From NCBI GenBank assembly GCA_035650535.1, contig DASRHL010000174.1, forward strand, positions 1-47,672: a stretch of 47,672 nucleotides of DNA, read 5' to 3'. Within the stretch, counting starts at the first letter, position 1, and every line of letters starts with the position of its first letter. This document shows, piece after piece, positions 1 to 8,488 of this stretch. Position numbers and translations under genes: made by a program. The notes beneath the pieces are model-generated. The model saw only the letters and a list, made by a program, of their open reading frames with translations. It was not told where the DNA came from and searched no databases. Origin of the DNA: Acidimicrobiia bacterium. Its GTDB lineage: Bacteria; Actinomycetota; Acidimicrobiia; IMCC26256; PALSA-555.

Positions 1-274
1 GCCACAGCGCCAGGAGCCGTGCGTCGAGGGTTCGGGCCTGCGACAGGTCCACCGAGATGGCGGTGGAGACCTCGTTCCGCCACGTCTCCAGCAGGTCGAG
101 CAGCAGGCCCTCCTTGCTGCCGAAGTGCGCGTACAGCGCGCCCGAGGTCCGGCCGGCTTCCTCGGCGATCGCGTCCACCGACGCGCCCTCGACCCCCCGA
201 TCCGCGAAGACCGTCGCCGCGGCCGCGAGCAGCCGGGCACGCGTCTCGTCCCTGCGCTCCGCCTGCGTCGCCAC
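1..274 (-). CDS. TetR/AcrR-family transcriptional regulator. Only the N-terminal part is in the window; the gene runs off the left edge.
   Basis: My reverse-strand translation from GTG (274-272) gives VATQAERRDETRARLLAAAATVFADRGVEGASVDAIAEEAGRTSGALYAHFGSKEGLLLDLL, a canonical TetR N-terminal HTH. It is missing from the ORF track because there is no stop inside the window. It starts 10 nt after the P450 stop on the same strand. Confidence 0.8.
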   Translation of the reverse strand, partial: MATQAERRDETRARLLAAAATVFADRGVEGASVDAIAEEAGRTSGALYAHFGSKEGLLLDLLETWRNEVSTAISVDLSQARTLDARLLALW

Positions 275-283
275 GGTCGGGTG

Positions 284-1528
284 CTACCGGGGGGTGAGCA
301 CGACCGGGAGGTGCTTCAGGCCGCCCACGAAGTTGGAACGGACGCGCACAGCGTCGCCGGCCAGCTCGAAGGTGCGAAAGCGCCGGAACAGCTCGTCGAA
401 CTCGACCTTCAACGTGAGGCGGGCGAGGTGCACGCCGAGGCAGTAGTGCTCGCCGTAGGCGAAGGAGAGATGGCGGTTCGGCTGCCGGCGGATGTCGAAG
501 CGGAACGGCTCGTCGAAGTGTGCCTCGTCGCGGTTGCACGACGGCGACCACATCACGACGCGATCGCCCTCGCGCAGGCGTTGCCCTCCGAGCTCCGTCT
601 CCCCCGTGACGGTTCGGGCCTCCGACGTGATCGGGCTCGCCCAGCGAACGAACTCGTCGACGGCCGTCGACAGGAGCGACGGGTCCTCCTGCAGGTCGCG
701 AAGCTGATCGGGGCGCTCGAGGAGCGGGAGCATCCCGCCGGCCGACGCGGCTGCCCGGGTCGTGTCGAGCCCGCCCGCGAGCAACAGCCCGGCCTCCGCC
801 ACGACCTGCTGCCACGGCAGCTTCTCGCCCCGGACGTGGCCGGCGAGGAGCTGGCTCAACAGGTCGTCGCCCGGCTCCTTCGCCCGCTCCTGGATCAGCT
901 CGGCGAAGTAACCGAACAGCTCCCCGCTGGCGGCGGCCGCCGCCTCGGACGCGGACTTGCCGTGCGTGAACTCGGGATCGCTCGACGACACCGTCATGTG
1001 CTCGAGCTCGGCGAGCCGGGCCCATCGGTCTTCGGGGACGCCCATGAGCGCGAACGCGATCGCGGCGGGGATGCGATGTGCGATGTCGTTCACGAAGTCG
1101 ACGGCGCGCCGCTCGGCCGCCTCGTCGAGGCACCTCGTGGCGAAGCCACGAAGCTGGTCCTCGAGCTGCGCGATGGCGCGCGGCGTGAAGTTGTGCGAGA
1201 TGACCTTCCGGAGGGGTGCATGCCGCGGCGGATCGGTGTGGATCATCGGGTTGAACCCGAGCGAACCCACGTCGTCGTTGCGCAGCTGCTCGTCCGTCCG
1301 GATCACGATCCCGTCACGTTCGGAGCTGAACAACCTCGGATCCGCGTGAACCGCGTGGCAATCGTCGTAGCGGGCGATGCTCCAGAAGGGTTCGCCGCCG
1401 GGCCGCTCGTGCCACCACACCGGCGCCTGGTCGCGCTGCAGCTTCCATGCCGCGTGCGGATCGCCGAACTCGAACATGTCGAGGTCCCAGAAGTCGATCT
1501 CGTCGAGCGACGTCGGTACCAGTGCCAT
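284..1528 (-). CDS. Cytochrome P450 monooxygenase (about 414 aa)
   Basis: ORF 284..1612(-). Heme-binding loop FAYGEHYCLGVHLAR (FxxGxxxCxG), I-helix-like LLLAGGLDTT, and an ExxR region. I prefer the ATG at 1528 (MALVPTSLDEIDF), which is preceded by GAGAGGTGAG. The upstream 28 codons look like junk. Confidence 0.9.
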   Translation of the reverse strand: MALVPTSLDEIDFWDLDMFEFGDPHAAWKLQRDQAPVWWHERPGGEPFWSIARYDDCHAVHADPRLFSSERDGIVIRTDEQLRNDDVGSLGFNPMIHTDPPRHAPLRKVISHNFTPRAIAQLEDQLRGFATRCLDEAAERRAVDFVNDIAHRIPAAIAFALMGVPEDRWARLAELEHMTVSSSDPEFTHGKSASEAAAAASGELFGYFAELIQERAKEPGDDLLSQLLAGHVRGEKLPWQQVVAEAGLLLAGGLDTTRAAASAGGMLPLLERPDQLRDLQEDPSLLSTAVDEFVRWASPITSEARTVTGETELGGQRLREGDRVVMWSPSCNRDEAHFDEPFRFDIRRQPNRHLSFAYGEHYCLGVHLARLTLKVEFDELFRRFRTFELAGDAVRVRSNFVGGLKHLPVVLTPR

Positions 1529-1560
1529 GGATCTCACCTCTCGCCCGTTCCGGCCGCAAC

Positions 1561-1582
1561 AAATATAGCGATCGCTAGATTT
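1561..1582. promoter_or_regulatory. AT-rich near-perfect palindrome (candidate TetR operator) in the P450/HAD divergent intergenic region
   Basis: AAATATAGCGATCGCTAGATTT has a perfect 12-nt core palindrome, TAGCGATCGCTA, and 20 of 22 positions are symmetric. It lies 33 nt upstream of the P450 start in otherwise GC-rich DNA. Confidence 0.5.
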
Positions 1583-1611
1583 CTCGGCGCGGCGCAGCCG
1601 GCCCGGGTCCA

Positions 1612-1650
1612 CGTCCCGAGTCGACGGGTGCCGTCCGTAGACTCGGGACG
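1612..1650 (+). promoter_or_regulatory. Long stem-loop ending on the first base of the HAD start codon (possible translational or leader structure)
   Basis: CGTCCCGAGTC (1612-1622) pairs perfectly with GACTCGGGACG (1640-1650). An inner helix GACGG-gtg-CCGTC adds about 16 bp in total. The 3' arm covers the GGGA Shine-Dalgarno-like bases and the G of the GTG at 1650. Confidence 0.4.
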
Positions 1651-2348
1651 TGCCGACGGCCGTTCTGCTCGACTTCTACGGGACGCTTGCGCACGCGACG
1701 GGGTGGGTGTCGATCGACGCGGTCCTTGCCGAGCACGGCTACGACATGCCCGACGAACTGCGCGAGCGCTGGTGGTCGCAGAGCGAACAGGACGGACTCG
1801 AACACGTCGAACACTCCCGCGACCGCGACGCGTACGCAGCGTGGCAACGGCAGCGCCTGCTCTCGATGCTCGCGGAGACCGACGTGCACCCCGGCGAGTA
1901 CGAGCTGATCGTCGAGAAGCTGCGCGCCGGCACCGCGACGCGGGTCATGAACCGCTACGACGAGGTGGTCGACGTCCTGCGCGAGCTCCGCGCCCGCGGG
2001 CTGCGTCTCGGGATCTGTTCGAACTGGGACTGGAACCTCGCCGAGGCGATCGACGAGGTCGGCCTGACTGGCATGGTCGACACCGTCGTGTCGTCGGCGT
2101 GGGCGGGCGCCCGCAAACCGCATCCGTTGATCTTCGAGCACACGCTCCAGAAGCTCGGGGCCCGCGCCGACGAGACGCTGTTCGTCGGCGACACCTGGGG
2201 GCCCGACGTCGTGGGCCCGCGCAACGTGGGCATGACGCCGGTGTACCTCATGCGCGACGGCCACTGGCCCGATCCGACGGCGCCGCCCGACCCCGAGGCC
2301 CAGTGCGCCTGCGCGCCCACGCTCGAGGGTCTGTTCGCACACCTGTGA
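1650..2348 (+). CDS. HAD-superfamily hydrolase, DxYGTL subgroup (2-haloacid dehalogenase-like)
   Basis: ORF 1650..2348. The N-terminal motif I is LLDFYGTL. The distal motifs are SNWD and FVGDTWGPDV (motif IV-like). Confidence 0.8.
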   Translation: MPTAVLLDFYGTLAHATGWVSIDAVLAEHGYDMPDELRERWWSQSEQDGLEHVEHSRDRDAYAAWQRQRLLSMLAETDVHPGEYELIVEKLRAGTATRVMNRYDEVVDVLRELRARGLRLGICSNWDWNLAEAIDEVGLTGMVDTVVSSAWAGARKPHPLIFEHTLQKLGARADETLFVGDTWGPDVVGPRNVGMTPVYLMRDGHWPDPTAPPDPEAQCACAPTLEGLFAHL

Positions 2349-2356
2349 GGAGCGCG

Positions 2357-3733
2357 ATGGACGCGACCGACATCCCGGCCCTGGTCAAAGGGCTGCGGGC
2401 GAGCTTCGACGCCGGGCGGAGCCGGCCGCTCGAGTGGCGCCGCGCGCAGCTCGACCGGATGCGCACGATGCTGCGTGAGCAGGAGGGTGCGTTCCTCGGC
2501 GCGCTCGCGGCCGATCTGGGGAAGCCCGCGACCGAGGCGTACGCGGCCGACGTCGGCTTCCTCTACGCGGACCTCGACATGGCGCGGAGGAACCTCGGGC
2601 GGTGGACGAGACCGCGTCGGGTGCGCACGCCATTGGTCGTCCAGCCGGCGAAGGCGTACGTGGTGCACGAGCCGCTCGGCGTGGTGCTGGTGATCGGGCC
2701 GTGGAACTACCCGGTCCAGCTCGTGCTCGCGCCCCTCGTCGGCGCGATCGCGGGCGGGAACTGCGCGGTGCTGAAGCCGTCGGAAGTGGCACCGCGAACG
2801 TCGGAGGTGATCGCGCGCGTCGTCCCCCGCTACCTCGACCCCGACTGCGTCGCGGTGGTCGAGGGCGGGCCCGACGAGACCGCGACGCTGCTCGCCGAGC
2901 GCTTCGACCACATCTTCTACACGGGGAACGGGCGCGTCGCCCGCGTGGTCATGGAAGCGGCGGCGAAGCACCTGACGCCGGTCACGCTCGAGCTGGGCGG
3001 GAAGAGCCCGGTGATCGTCGACGACGACGTCGACCTCGACGTCGCGGCGCGCCGGATCGCCTGGGGCAAGTTCCTCAACGCGGGGCAGACGTGCATCGCG
3101 CCCGACTACGCGCTCGTCACGCGCAGCGTCGCGTCCGAGCTGATCGATCGCATCACGACGGCGATCCGCGGCTTCTACGGGCCGGACCCGAAGGCGAGCC
3201 CCGACTACGCCCGCATCGTGAACGACCGCCACTTCGAACGCGTCGTGCGCCTGCTCGACGGCGCCGAGATCGCGGTCGGGGGCGATCACGACGCCTCGGA
3301 GCGCTACATCGCACCGACCGTGCTGGCCGACGCCACGCCCGACATCCCGGCCATGCAGGAGGAGATCTTCGGGCCGGTGCTGCCCGTGCTCCCCGTCGAC
3401 GGCATCGACCACGCCGTCGAGCTCGTCAACGAGCGCGACCGCCCGCTCGCGCTCTACGTCTTCTCACGCCGCCGCGACGTGGCCCGCGACGTGATCGCCC
3501 GCACGTCGTCGGGGGGCGCGTGCGTGAACGCGACGATGTTCCACGTCGCGGTGCCGGCGCTGCCCTTCGGCGGTGTCGGCCCGAGCGGGATGGGCGCCTA
3601 CCACGGCCGTGCCGGGTTCGAGACGTTCAGTCACGCGAGGAGCGTGCTGACCCGCTCCACCCGTGTCGACCCGAAGATCGGGTACCCGCCGTACTCGCCC
3701 CTCAAGGACCGCCTCATCCGGCGGTTCCTCTGA
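2357..3733 (+). CDS. Class-3 (fatty/aromatic) NAD(P)+ aldehyde dehydrogenase (about 458 aa)
   Basis: This is the 3' part of the artefactual ORF 125..3733. ATG at 2357, preceded by GAGGAG. Motifs: GPWNYP, catalytic Glu in LELGGKSP, catalytic Cys in NAGQTCIAPDY, and EEIFGPVLP. Confidence 0.9.
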   Translation: MDATDIPALVKGLRASFDAGRSRPLEWRRAQLDRMRTMLREQEGAFLGALAADLGKPATEAYAADVGFLYADLDMARRNLGRWTRPRRVRTPLVVQPAKAYVVHEPLGVVLVIGPWNYPVQLVLAPLVGAIAGGNCAVLKPSEVAPRTSEVIARVVPRYLDPDCVAVVEGGPDETATLLAERFDHIFYTGNGRVARVVMEAAAKHLTPVTLELGGKSPVIVDDDVDLDVAARRIAWGKFLNAGQTCIAPDYALVTRSVASELIDRITTAIRGFYGPDPKASPDYARIVNDRHFERVVRLLDGAEIAVGGDHDASERYIAPTVLADATPDIPAMQEEIFGPVLPVLPVDGIDHAVELVNERDRPLALYVFSRRRDVARDVIARTSSGGACVNATMFHVAVPALPFGGVGPSGMGAYHGRAGFETFSHARSVLTRSTRVDPKIGYPPYSPLKDRLIRRFL

Positions 3734-3736
3734 CGG

Positions 3737-3940
3737 TCAACCGACGACGCGAACGTCCTTGGCCTCGTCGCCCTTGCGCCCCGGGCCCACCTCGAACTCG
3801 ACCCGCTGACCCTCGGCGAGCGTCCGGCGCCCGTCCATCAAGATCGCGCTGTGGTGAACGAACACGTCGGGTTCGCCGTCACGTGCAATGAAGCCGTAAC
3901 CCTTTTCGTCGTTGAACCACTTCACGGTCCCCGTTGCCAC
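3737..3940 (-). CDS. cspA: Cold-shock protein (CspA family, CSD)
   Basis: ORF 3737..3946. [15 protein letters not shown] (RNP-1) and DVFVHHS (RNP-2). I prefer the GTG at 3940 (MATGTVKWF), with AAGGGAG 8 nt upstream. The TTG at 3946 sits too close to that SD. A leader of about 100 nt follows, up to 4051. Confidence 0.9.
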   Translation of the reverse strand: MATGTVKWFNDEKGYGFIARDGEPDVFVHHSAILMDGRRTLAEGQRVEFEVGPGRKGDEAKDVRVVG

Positions 3941-4051
3941 AGTCAACGCTCCCTTTGTTCTTCGATCGAGGGAGCACTGCGACTTCGCGACGACACACCC
4001 TCGGACCTACCGGCCGCAAAACTAGTCGCGTCGGATACCCCGAAAGCAACA

Positions 4052-4456
4052 TCAGCGTGCGCCCCCGCCCCGAGGATCCGGCGCGTAACTGCGCAGCTCG
4101 ACGGTGTTGCCGTCGGGGTCGCGCACGTAGAGGCTCGTGGCGTAGCCCCGGGCGCCGAAGAGCCCGTCCACCGGGCCCGCACCGACGACGTCGAAGCGCC
4201 CGGTGCCCGCGAGCTCGGCCAGGTCGGCCCCGTCGATCACGAGGCAGAGGTGGTCGACGTTCGAGCCCGTCCGTTCGCCGGCCACCAGGTCGATCAACGT
4301 GTGCTCGTCGACGCGCACCGACGGGAACGGCACTTCCCCCCGCCGCCACTCGTCGACGCGCTCGCCGGGAAGGCCCAGCTCGCCGCCGTACCACGCGAGC
4401 GCGCGCTCGACGTCCCCGACCACGAGCACGAGATGGTCGAACCCGACGACGCGCAC
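4052..4456 (-). CDS. VOC/glyoxalase-family protein (about 134 aa)
   Basis: ORF 4052..4528. FDHLVLVVGDVERALAWY...VDHLCLVI...YVRDPDGNTVEL is a typical glyoxalase/bleomycin-resistance/dioxygenase fold. The GTG at 4456 lies just after the TAG of the upstream acyl-CoA dehydrogenase (4464). Confidence 0.75.
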   Translation of the reverse strand: MRVVGFDHLVLVVGDVERALAWYGGELGLPGERVDEWRRGEVPFPSVRVDEHTLIDLVAGERTGSNVDHLCLVIDGADLAELAGTGRFDVVGAGPVDGLFGARGYATSLYVRDPDGNTVELRSYAPDPRGGGAR

Positions 4457-4463
4457 GGCTCCC

Positions 4464-5627
4464 CTATCCCCTGGGAAGCCCCAGGATGCGTTCGGCGACG
4501 ATGTTCTTCTGCACCTCCGACGTGCCACCGGCGATCGACGCCGCCTTGCTCCACAACCACTGCCGCTGCCACCTGCCGCCGGCCGGATCGCCCGCGGCGC
4601 CGCGCCACAGCGGCGCCGCGGGACCGAGCAGATCGACCGCGCGCGCCGAGAGGTGCTGGGTCATGTCGGTCCACGCGAGCTTCACCCAGCTCGACTCCGG
4701 ACCGGGTTCGATGCCACGCGAGAGCCTCGAGAGCGTTCGCCAGTTGTGCAGCCGCAACACCCGCAGCTCGACGAACGACTGCGCGAGGCCGTCGGCCACC
4801 TCCACCTCGTCGAGGCGGCCGAGCTCGTGCGCGAGCCCGAACAGCTCGTCGAGGTACACCTCGTGGACGACCTGTTCCTTGAACGGGAACGCGGTGCCCC
4901 GTTCGTGGGCGAGGGTCGTGTTCGCGACCGCCCAACCCTGGTGGAGCCCGCCCACGAGGTGGTCGTCGGGCACGAACACGTCGTCGAAGAACACCTCGTT
5001 GAACTCGGCTTCACCGGTGATCTGCACGAGCGGGCGGATCTCGATCCCGGGTGCCGCCATGTCGACGACGAGGTACGAGATGCCCTTGTGCTTCGGGAGC
5101 TCGGGATCCGTGCGGGCGAGGCAGATCCCCCAGCGCGCGAACTGCGCGTAGCTCGTCCACACCTTCTGCCCGTCGAGCACCCAGCCGCCTTCGACCGGTG
5201 TCGCCGCCGTCCGCAACGACGCGAGGTCGGAGCCCGCCTCCGGCTCGCTGAAGAGCTGGCACCAGATCTCGCGCGCGTCGAGGATCGCGGGGAGCCAGCG
5301 CTGCTTCTGCTCCTCGGTGCCGTGCGCGAGGAGCGTCGGCCCGGCCAGGTTGATGCCGACCCGGTTCACCGGTTGCAGCGCGCGCGACCGCGCGTACTCC
5401 ATGTTGAAGATCGCGACCTGCACCGGCGAGGCGCCGCGCCCTCCGTACTCGGCCGGCCAGTGGATACCGACCCAACGGTCGGCGGCGAGCTTCGCCTGCC
5501 AGGCCTGGCCCCACTCGATCTCGTCCGCGAGCGAGTCGAACGCGGGTGGCAGCTCGAGGTTGGCGTCGAGCCACCCGCGTATCTCGTGGGCGAAGGCGAG
5601 CTCTTCGGTGGTGAACGAGAGATCCAC
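4464..5627 (-). CDS. Acyl-CoA dehydrogenase (FadE-like)
   Basis: ORF 4464..5627, GTG start. QLFSEPEAGSDLASL, VLDGQKVWTSYA and the C-terminal GGTSEVQKNIVAERILGLP are diagnostic for the ACAD family. Confidence 0.9.
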   Translation of the reverse strand: MDLSFTTEELAFAHEIRGWLDANLELPPAFDSLADEIEWGQAWQAKLAADRWVGIHWPAEYGGRGASPVQVAIFNMEYARSRALQPVNRVGINLAGPTLLAHGTEEQKQRWLPAILDAREIWCQLFSEPEAGSDLASLRTAATPVEGGWVLDGQKVWTSYAQFARWGICLARTDPELPKHKGISYLVVDMAAPGIEIRPLVQITGEAEFNEVFFDDVFVPDDHLVGGLHQGWAVANTTLAHERGTAFPFKEQVVHEVYLDELFGLAHELGRLDEVEVADGLAQSFVELRVLRLHNWRTLSRLSRGIEPGPESSWVKLAWTDMTQHLSARAVDLLGPAAPLWRGAAGDPAGGRWQRQWLWSKAASIAGGTSEVQKNIVAERILGLPRG

Positions 5628-5639
5628 GCGGTGACGACC

Positions 5640-7361
5640 TCAGAGGTCCCAGAAGCGGTCGCGCTGGAAGTGGACGAAGCGGTCGTGCAGCGCCCGCTCG
5701 TCGTCGGGCGTGAACGGACGGTACGCCGTCTCACCCCGTTCGCGCACGTACACCGCGTCGCCGCCGGTCCGGTCGGCCCGCCACTTCTGGTGCACCAGGG
5801 TCCGCTTGACGACCTTGTTGGTTCCGGTCGTCGGCGGATCGCCCAGCAGGCGCACGTAGCGCGGCCGCCACTTGGGCCCGACGTCGGCGATGCCGTCGAT
5901 CCACGCGCCGAACGCCACCGGGTCGAACGGGGCGCCGTCGCGCAACACGAGGCCGGCCATGACCTGGTCGCCGGCCTGGTCGTCGGGCACGCCGTACACA
6001 ACGGCGAGCACGACGTCGGGGTGCTGGGAGATCGCGCGTTCGATCGGCCCCGCGGGGAAGTTCTCGCCGTCGACCCGGATCCAGTCCGCGTTGCGACCCG
6101 CGAAGTAGAGATAGCGGTCGGTGTCGAGGTAGCCGAGGTCGCCCGACCAGTACCAGCCGAACCGCAGCGTGCGCGCGTTCGCCTCGGGGTTGTTGTAGTA
6201 CCCCTCGAACGGGCCCGCGCCCGCGGTGTTGACGATCTCGCCCACGCACTCGGCGGCGTTCAGCAGCCGGCCCGTGTCGTCGAAGCGGGCGGGCGGCCGC
6301 GGGTTGCCGTCCTCGTCGACGACCTGCACGTTGTCGCCCGCCCGGCCGAGCGCTCCCGGGCGCGCCTCGACGTCGCGGTTGACGGCGACGCCGCCCTCGG
6401 TCGCGCCGTACGCGTCGACGACGTCGACGCCGAAGCGGCGCGCGAACGCGTCGACCACCTCCGGTGACCCCTCGTTCCCGAACGCGACCCGCAACGGGTT
6501 GTCCGCGTCGTCGGGTCGCTCGGGCGTCGACACGATGTACGCGAGCGGCTTCCCCGTGTAGTTGAAGTACGTGGAGCCGTAGTGCCGGATGTCGGCCAAC
6601 CAGCGGGACGCGCTGAACCGCCGGGCCAGCCCGATCGACGCGCCGTAGACGATCGACGGCGCCCACCCGCACATCAGAGCGTTCGAGTGGAACAACGGCA
6701 TGCAGACGTAGCCGACGTCGTCGGGGCCGAGGTCCATGATGATGCCCATCCGGTTGCCGGTGACCAGGAACCGGCGGTGGGTGCAGATCACGGCTTTCGG
6801 CGCGTCGGACGTGCCCGACGTGAAGATCAGCGCCCAGAGCGTGTCGGCTCCGGGTTCGCACCCGGGATCGGTCGCGTCGAACGCGCCGAGCGCGTCGTCG
6901 AGGTCGTCGGGGAACACCGACGGTCCGTCCTCGATGCCCGGCTCCGGGAAGCGGTGCGACACGAGGACGGGTGGGAGCGCGGCGGCGATCGGCTCGAGCA
7001 GCGCCTCGTGACGCGGCTCGGTGACGACGAGCCCGCAGTGCGTGTGCTCGGCGTCGCGCCGGAGGTTCTCACCGCGCCGGGTGTGGTTGAGCCCGACCAC
7101 CGCGGACCCCGAGAGCGCGGCTCCGCCCAGCGCGAACAGGTAGTCGGGCGTGTTGTCGAGCAGGACGGCGACGTGCAGCGCGCCGTCGGGCGCGGCGGCG
7201 CGCGCCGCGTGCGAGCGGAAGAGGTTCGCCCAGCGCATGCACTCGGCGACGTACTCGCCGTGGGTCCACACCCGGTCCTCGAAGCGGACGGCCGGGCGGT
7301 CCCGGCGCTCCGGCGCGGCCGCGTTGGCCCGGAGCAGCGCGGCGGCGTCCGCCGCCGGCAT
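5640..7361 (-). CDS. AMP-forming acyl-CoA synthetase / fatty-acid-CoA ligase (about 573 aa)
   Basis: ORF 5640..7640. AMP-binding motifs FTSGTSDAPKAV, DAYGATEGG and GDLGYLDTDRYLYFAGRNADWIRVDGENF. I prefer the ATG at 7361 (MPAADAAALL), preceded by GGGGAGG. The further upstream part of the ORF is low-complexity. Confidence 0.85.
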   Translation of the reverse strand: MPAADAAALLRANAAAPERRDRPAVRFEDRVWTHGEYVAECMRWANLFRSHAARAAAPDGALHVAVLLDNTPDYLFALGGAALSGSAVVGLNHTRRGENLRRDAEHTHCGLVVTEPRHEALLEPIAAALPPVLVSHRFPEPGIEDGPSVFPDDLDDALGAFDATDPGCEPGADTLWALIFTSGTSDAPKAVICTHRRFLVTGNRMGIIMDLGPDDVGYVCMPLFHSNALMCGWAPSIVYGASIGLARRFSASRWLADIRHYGSTYFNYTGKPLAYIVSTPERPDDADNPLRVAFGNEGSPEVVDAFARRFGVDVVDAYGATEGGVAVNRDVEARPGALGRAGDNVQVVDEDGNPRPPARFDDTGRLLNAAECVGEIVNTAGAGPFEGYYNNPEANARTLRFGWYWSGDLGYLDTDRYLYFAGRNADWIRVDGENFPAGPIERAISQHPDVVLAVVYGVPDDQAGDQVMAGLVLRDGAPFDPVAFGAWIDGIADVGPKWRPRYVRLLGDPPTTGTNKVVKRTLVHQKWRADRTGGDAVYVRERGETAYRPFTPDDERALHDRFVHFQRDRFWDL

Positions 7362-7492
7362 CGGCGCCTCCCCCGGCGCGGGGACCGCTTTCAGGCGGAG
7401 ACCGCTCTCCCCCGGCTCGCCCGGCTCCCCCCGCTCGCCCGGCACCCTCGGCTCGCCCGGCGCGCCCGTGCGGCGCGCCCCACTCCTCGGTA

Positions 7493-7508
7493 CTGACACG
7501 TCCGTCAG
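7493..7508. promoter_or_regulatory. CTGAC-N6-GTCAG palindrome (site 3 of a recurrent motif)
   Basis: CTGACacgtccGTCAG lies in the 230-bp divergent region between the acyl-CoA synthetase and the histidine kinase, about 85 nt upstream of the kinase start. Confidence 0.45.
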
Positions 7509-7591
7509 GTTACCGATCGGCCTCGCGCCGCCGGGGTCCGGTCGGGAGGACCGCGGCCGCGCCCGTTTGCGCTGGTACATTCGCCCGCAGC

Positions 7592-8458
7592 GTGCGAAAC
7601 CTCTTCGCGGGGCTGCGCGGGATGGCCGCTCTCGCCGCACTCGTCGCCGTGCTCCCGCTGCTGGTGGTGGCCCTCGTCGTCACGAGCGACGGCCACCAGG
7701 ACTCCGACGTGATCGTGGTCGGTGTCGCCGGCGGCCTCGCCGTGCTGCTCGCCTACGCCGCCGCCGACCGGCTCGTGATCCGCAGCCTGGCGCTCCGGGC
7801 CGAGGAGGCGGAGCGGGCCGCCGGCGACCGGGCCCAGCTCGTCGGCGCGCTCGTGCGCGCGGCCGAGGACGAGCGGGAACGGATCGCGGGCGAGGTGCAC
7901 GACGACGCCATCCAGGCGATGGTCGCGGTCGGCATCCGCCTGCGCATGCTCGCGAACCGGATCGACGATCCCGAACAGCGGGAGCTCCTGGCCACGCTCG
8001 AGCAGACGGTGGAGACGACCATCCAGCGCGTCCGGACGCTGCTGTTCGAGCTCCGGCCGCCGGCCCTCGACCGCGCCGGTCTGCGCGAGGTTCTCGAGGA
8101 GCTCCTCGACGAGACCTTCGGCGACGACAGCGTGGACTGGAACCTCGTGACGAACTACGACGCCGAGCCCTCGGACGCGACGCGGATCGTGCTCTACCGC
8201 ATCGCGCAGGAGGCGCTGGCCAACGTGCGCCGGCACGCGCGTGCGTCACGCGTCGACGTCGTGGTCGAGACGCGCGACCGTGGTTTCGTCACCCGCGTGA
8301 GCGACGACGGTGTCGGTTTCGAGCTCGGCGGCGCGAACAGCGGTTCGTCGCCGCTCGGGCTCACGAGCATGCGCGAGCGGGCGGCGATGACCGGCGGAAC
8401 GTTCCAGATCCGGAGCACTCCCGGCGGCGGCACCGTCGTCGAGTGGTGGCTGCCCTGA
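7592..8458 (+). CDS. Sensor histidine kinase, HisKA_3 (NarL-partner) type, with two predicted TM helices and almost no extracytoplasmic loop
   Basis: ORF 7592..8458. H-box ERERIAGEVHDDAIQ, ATPase motifs SDDGVGF and GLTSMRERAAMTGGTFQIRSTPGGGT. The N-terminus has two hydrophobic segments separated only by TSDGHQDSD. Confidence 0.85.
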   Translation: MRNLFAGLRGMAALAALVAVLPLLVVALVVTSDGHQDSDVIVVGVAGGLAVLLAYAAADRLVIRSLALRAEEAERAAGDRAQLVGALVRAAEDERERIAGEVHDDAIQAMVAVGIRLRMLANRIDDPEQRELLATLEQTVETTIQRVRTLLFELRPPALDRAGLREVLEELLDETFGDDSVDWNLVTNYDAEPSDATRIVLYRIAQEALANVRRHARASRVDVVVETRDRGFVTRVSDDGVGFELGGANSGSSPLGLTSMRERAAMTGGTFQIRSTPGGGTVVEWWLP

Positions 8459-8488
8459 TGCCTCACCGACCGAACGAGGATCGTCGGC

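Noticed and set aside
125-3733. 1202-aa ORF, the longest plus-strand ORF at the left end
   Set aside because: Only the last 458 codons (from the ATG at 2357) are a real gene (ALDH). The first 2.2 kb is an R/G/P-rich shadow frame running antisense to the P450 and out of frame across the HAD gene. This is typical of high-GC DNA.
7362-7640. Collagen-like GEPGEPGES repeat as the N-terminus of the acyl-CoA synthetase
   Set aside because: It lies upstream of a well-placed ATG with an SD (7361). The segment is better explained as intergenic direct repeats, and homologous synthetases start near the conserved region.
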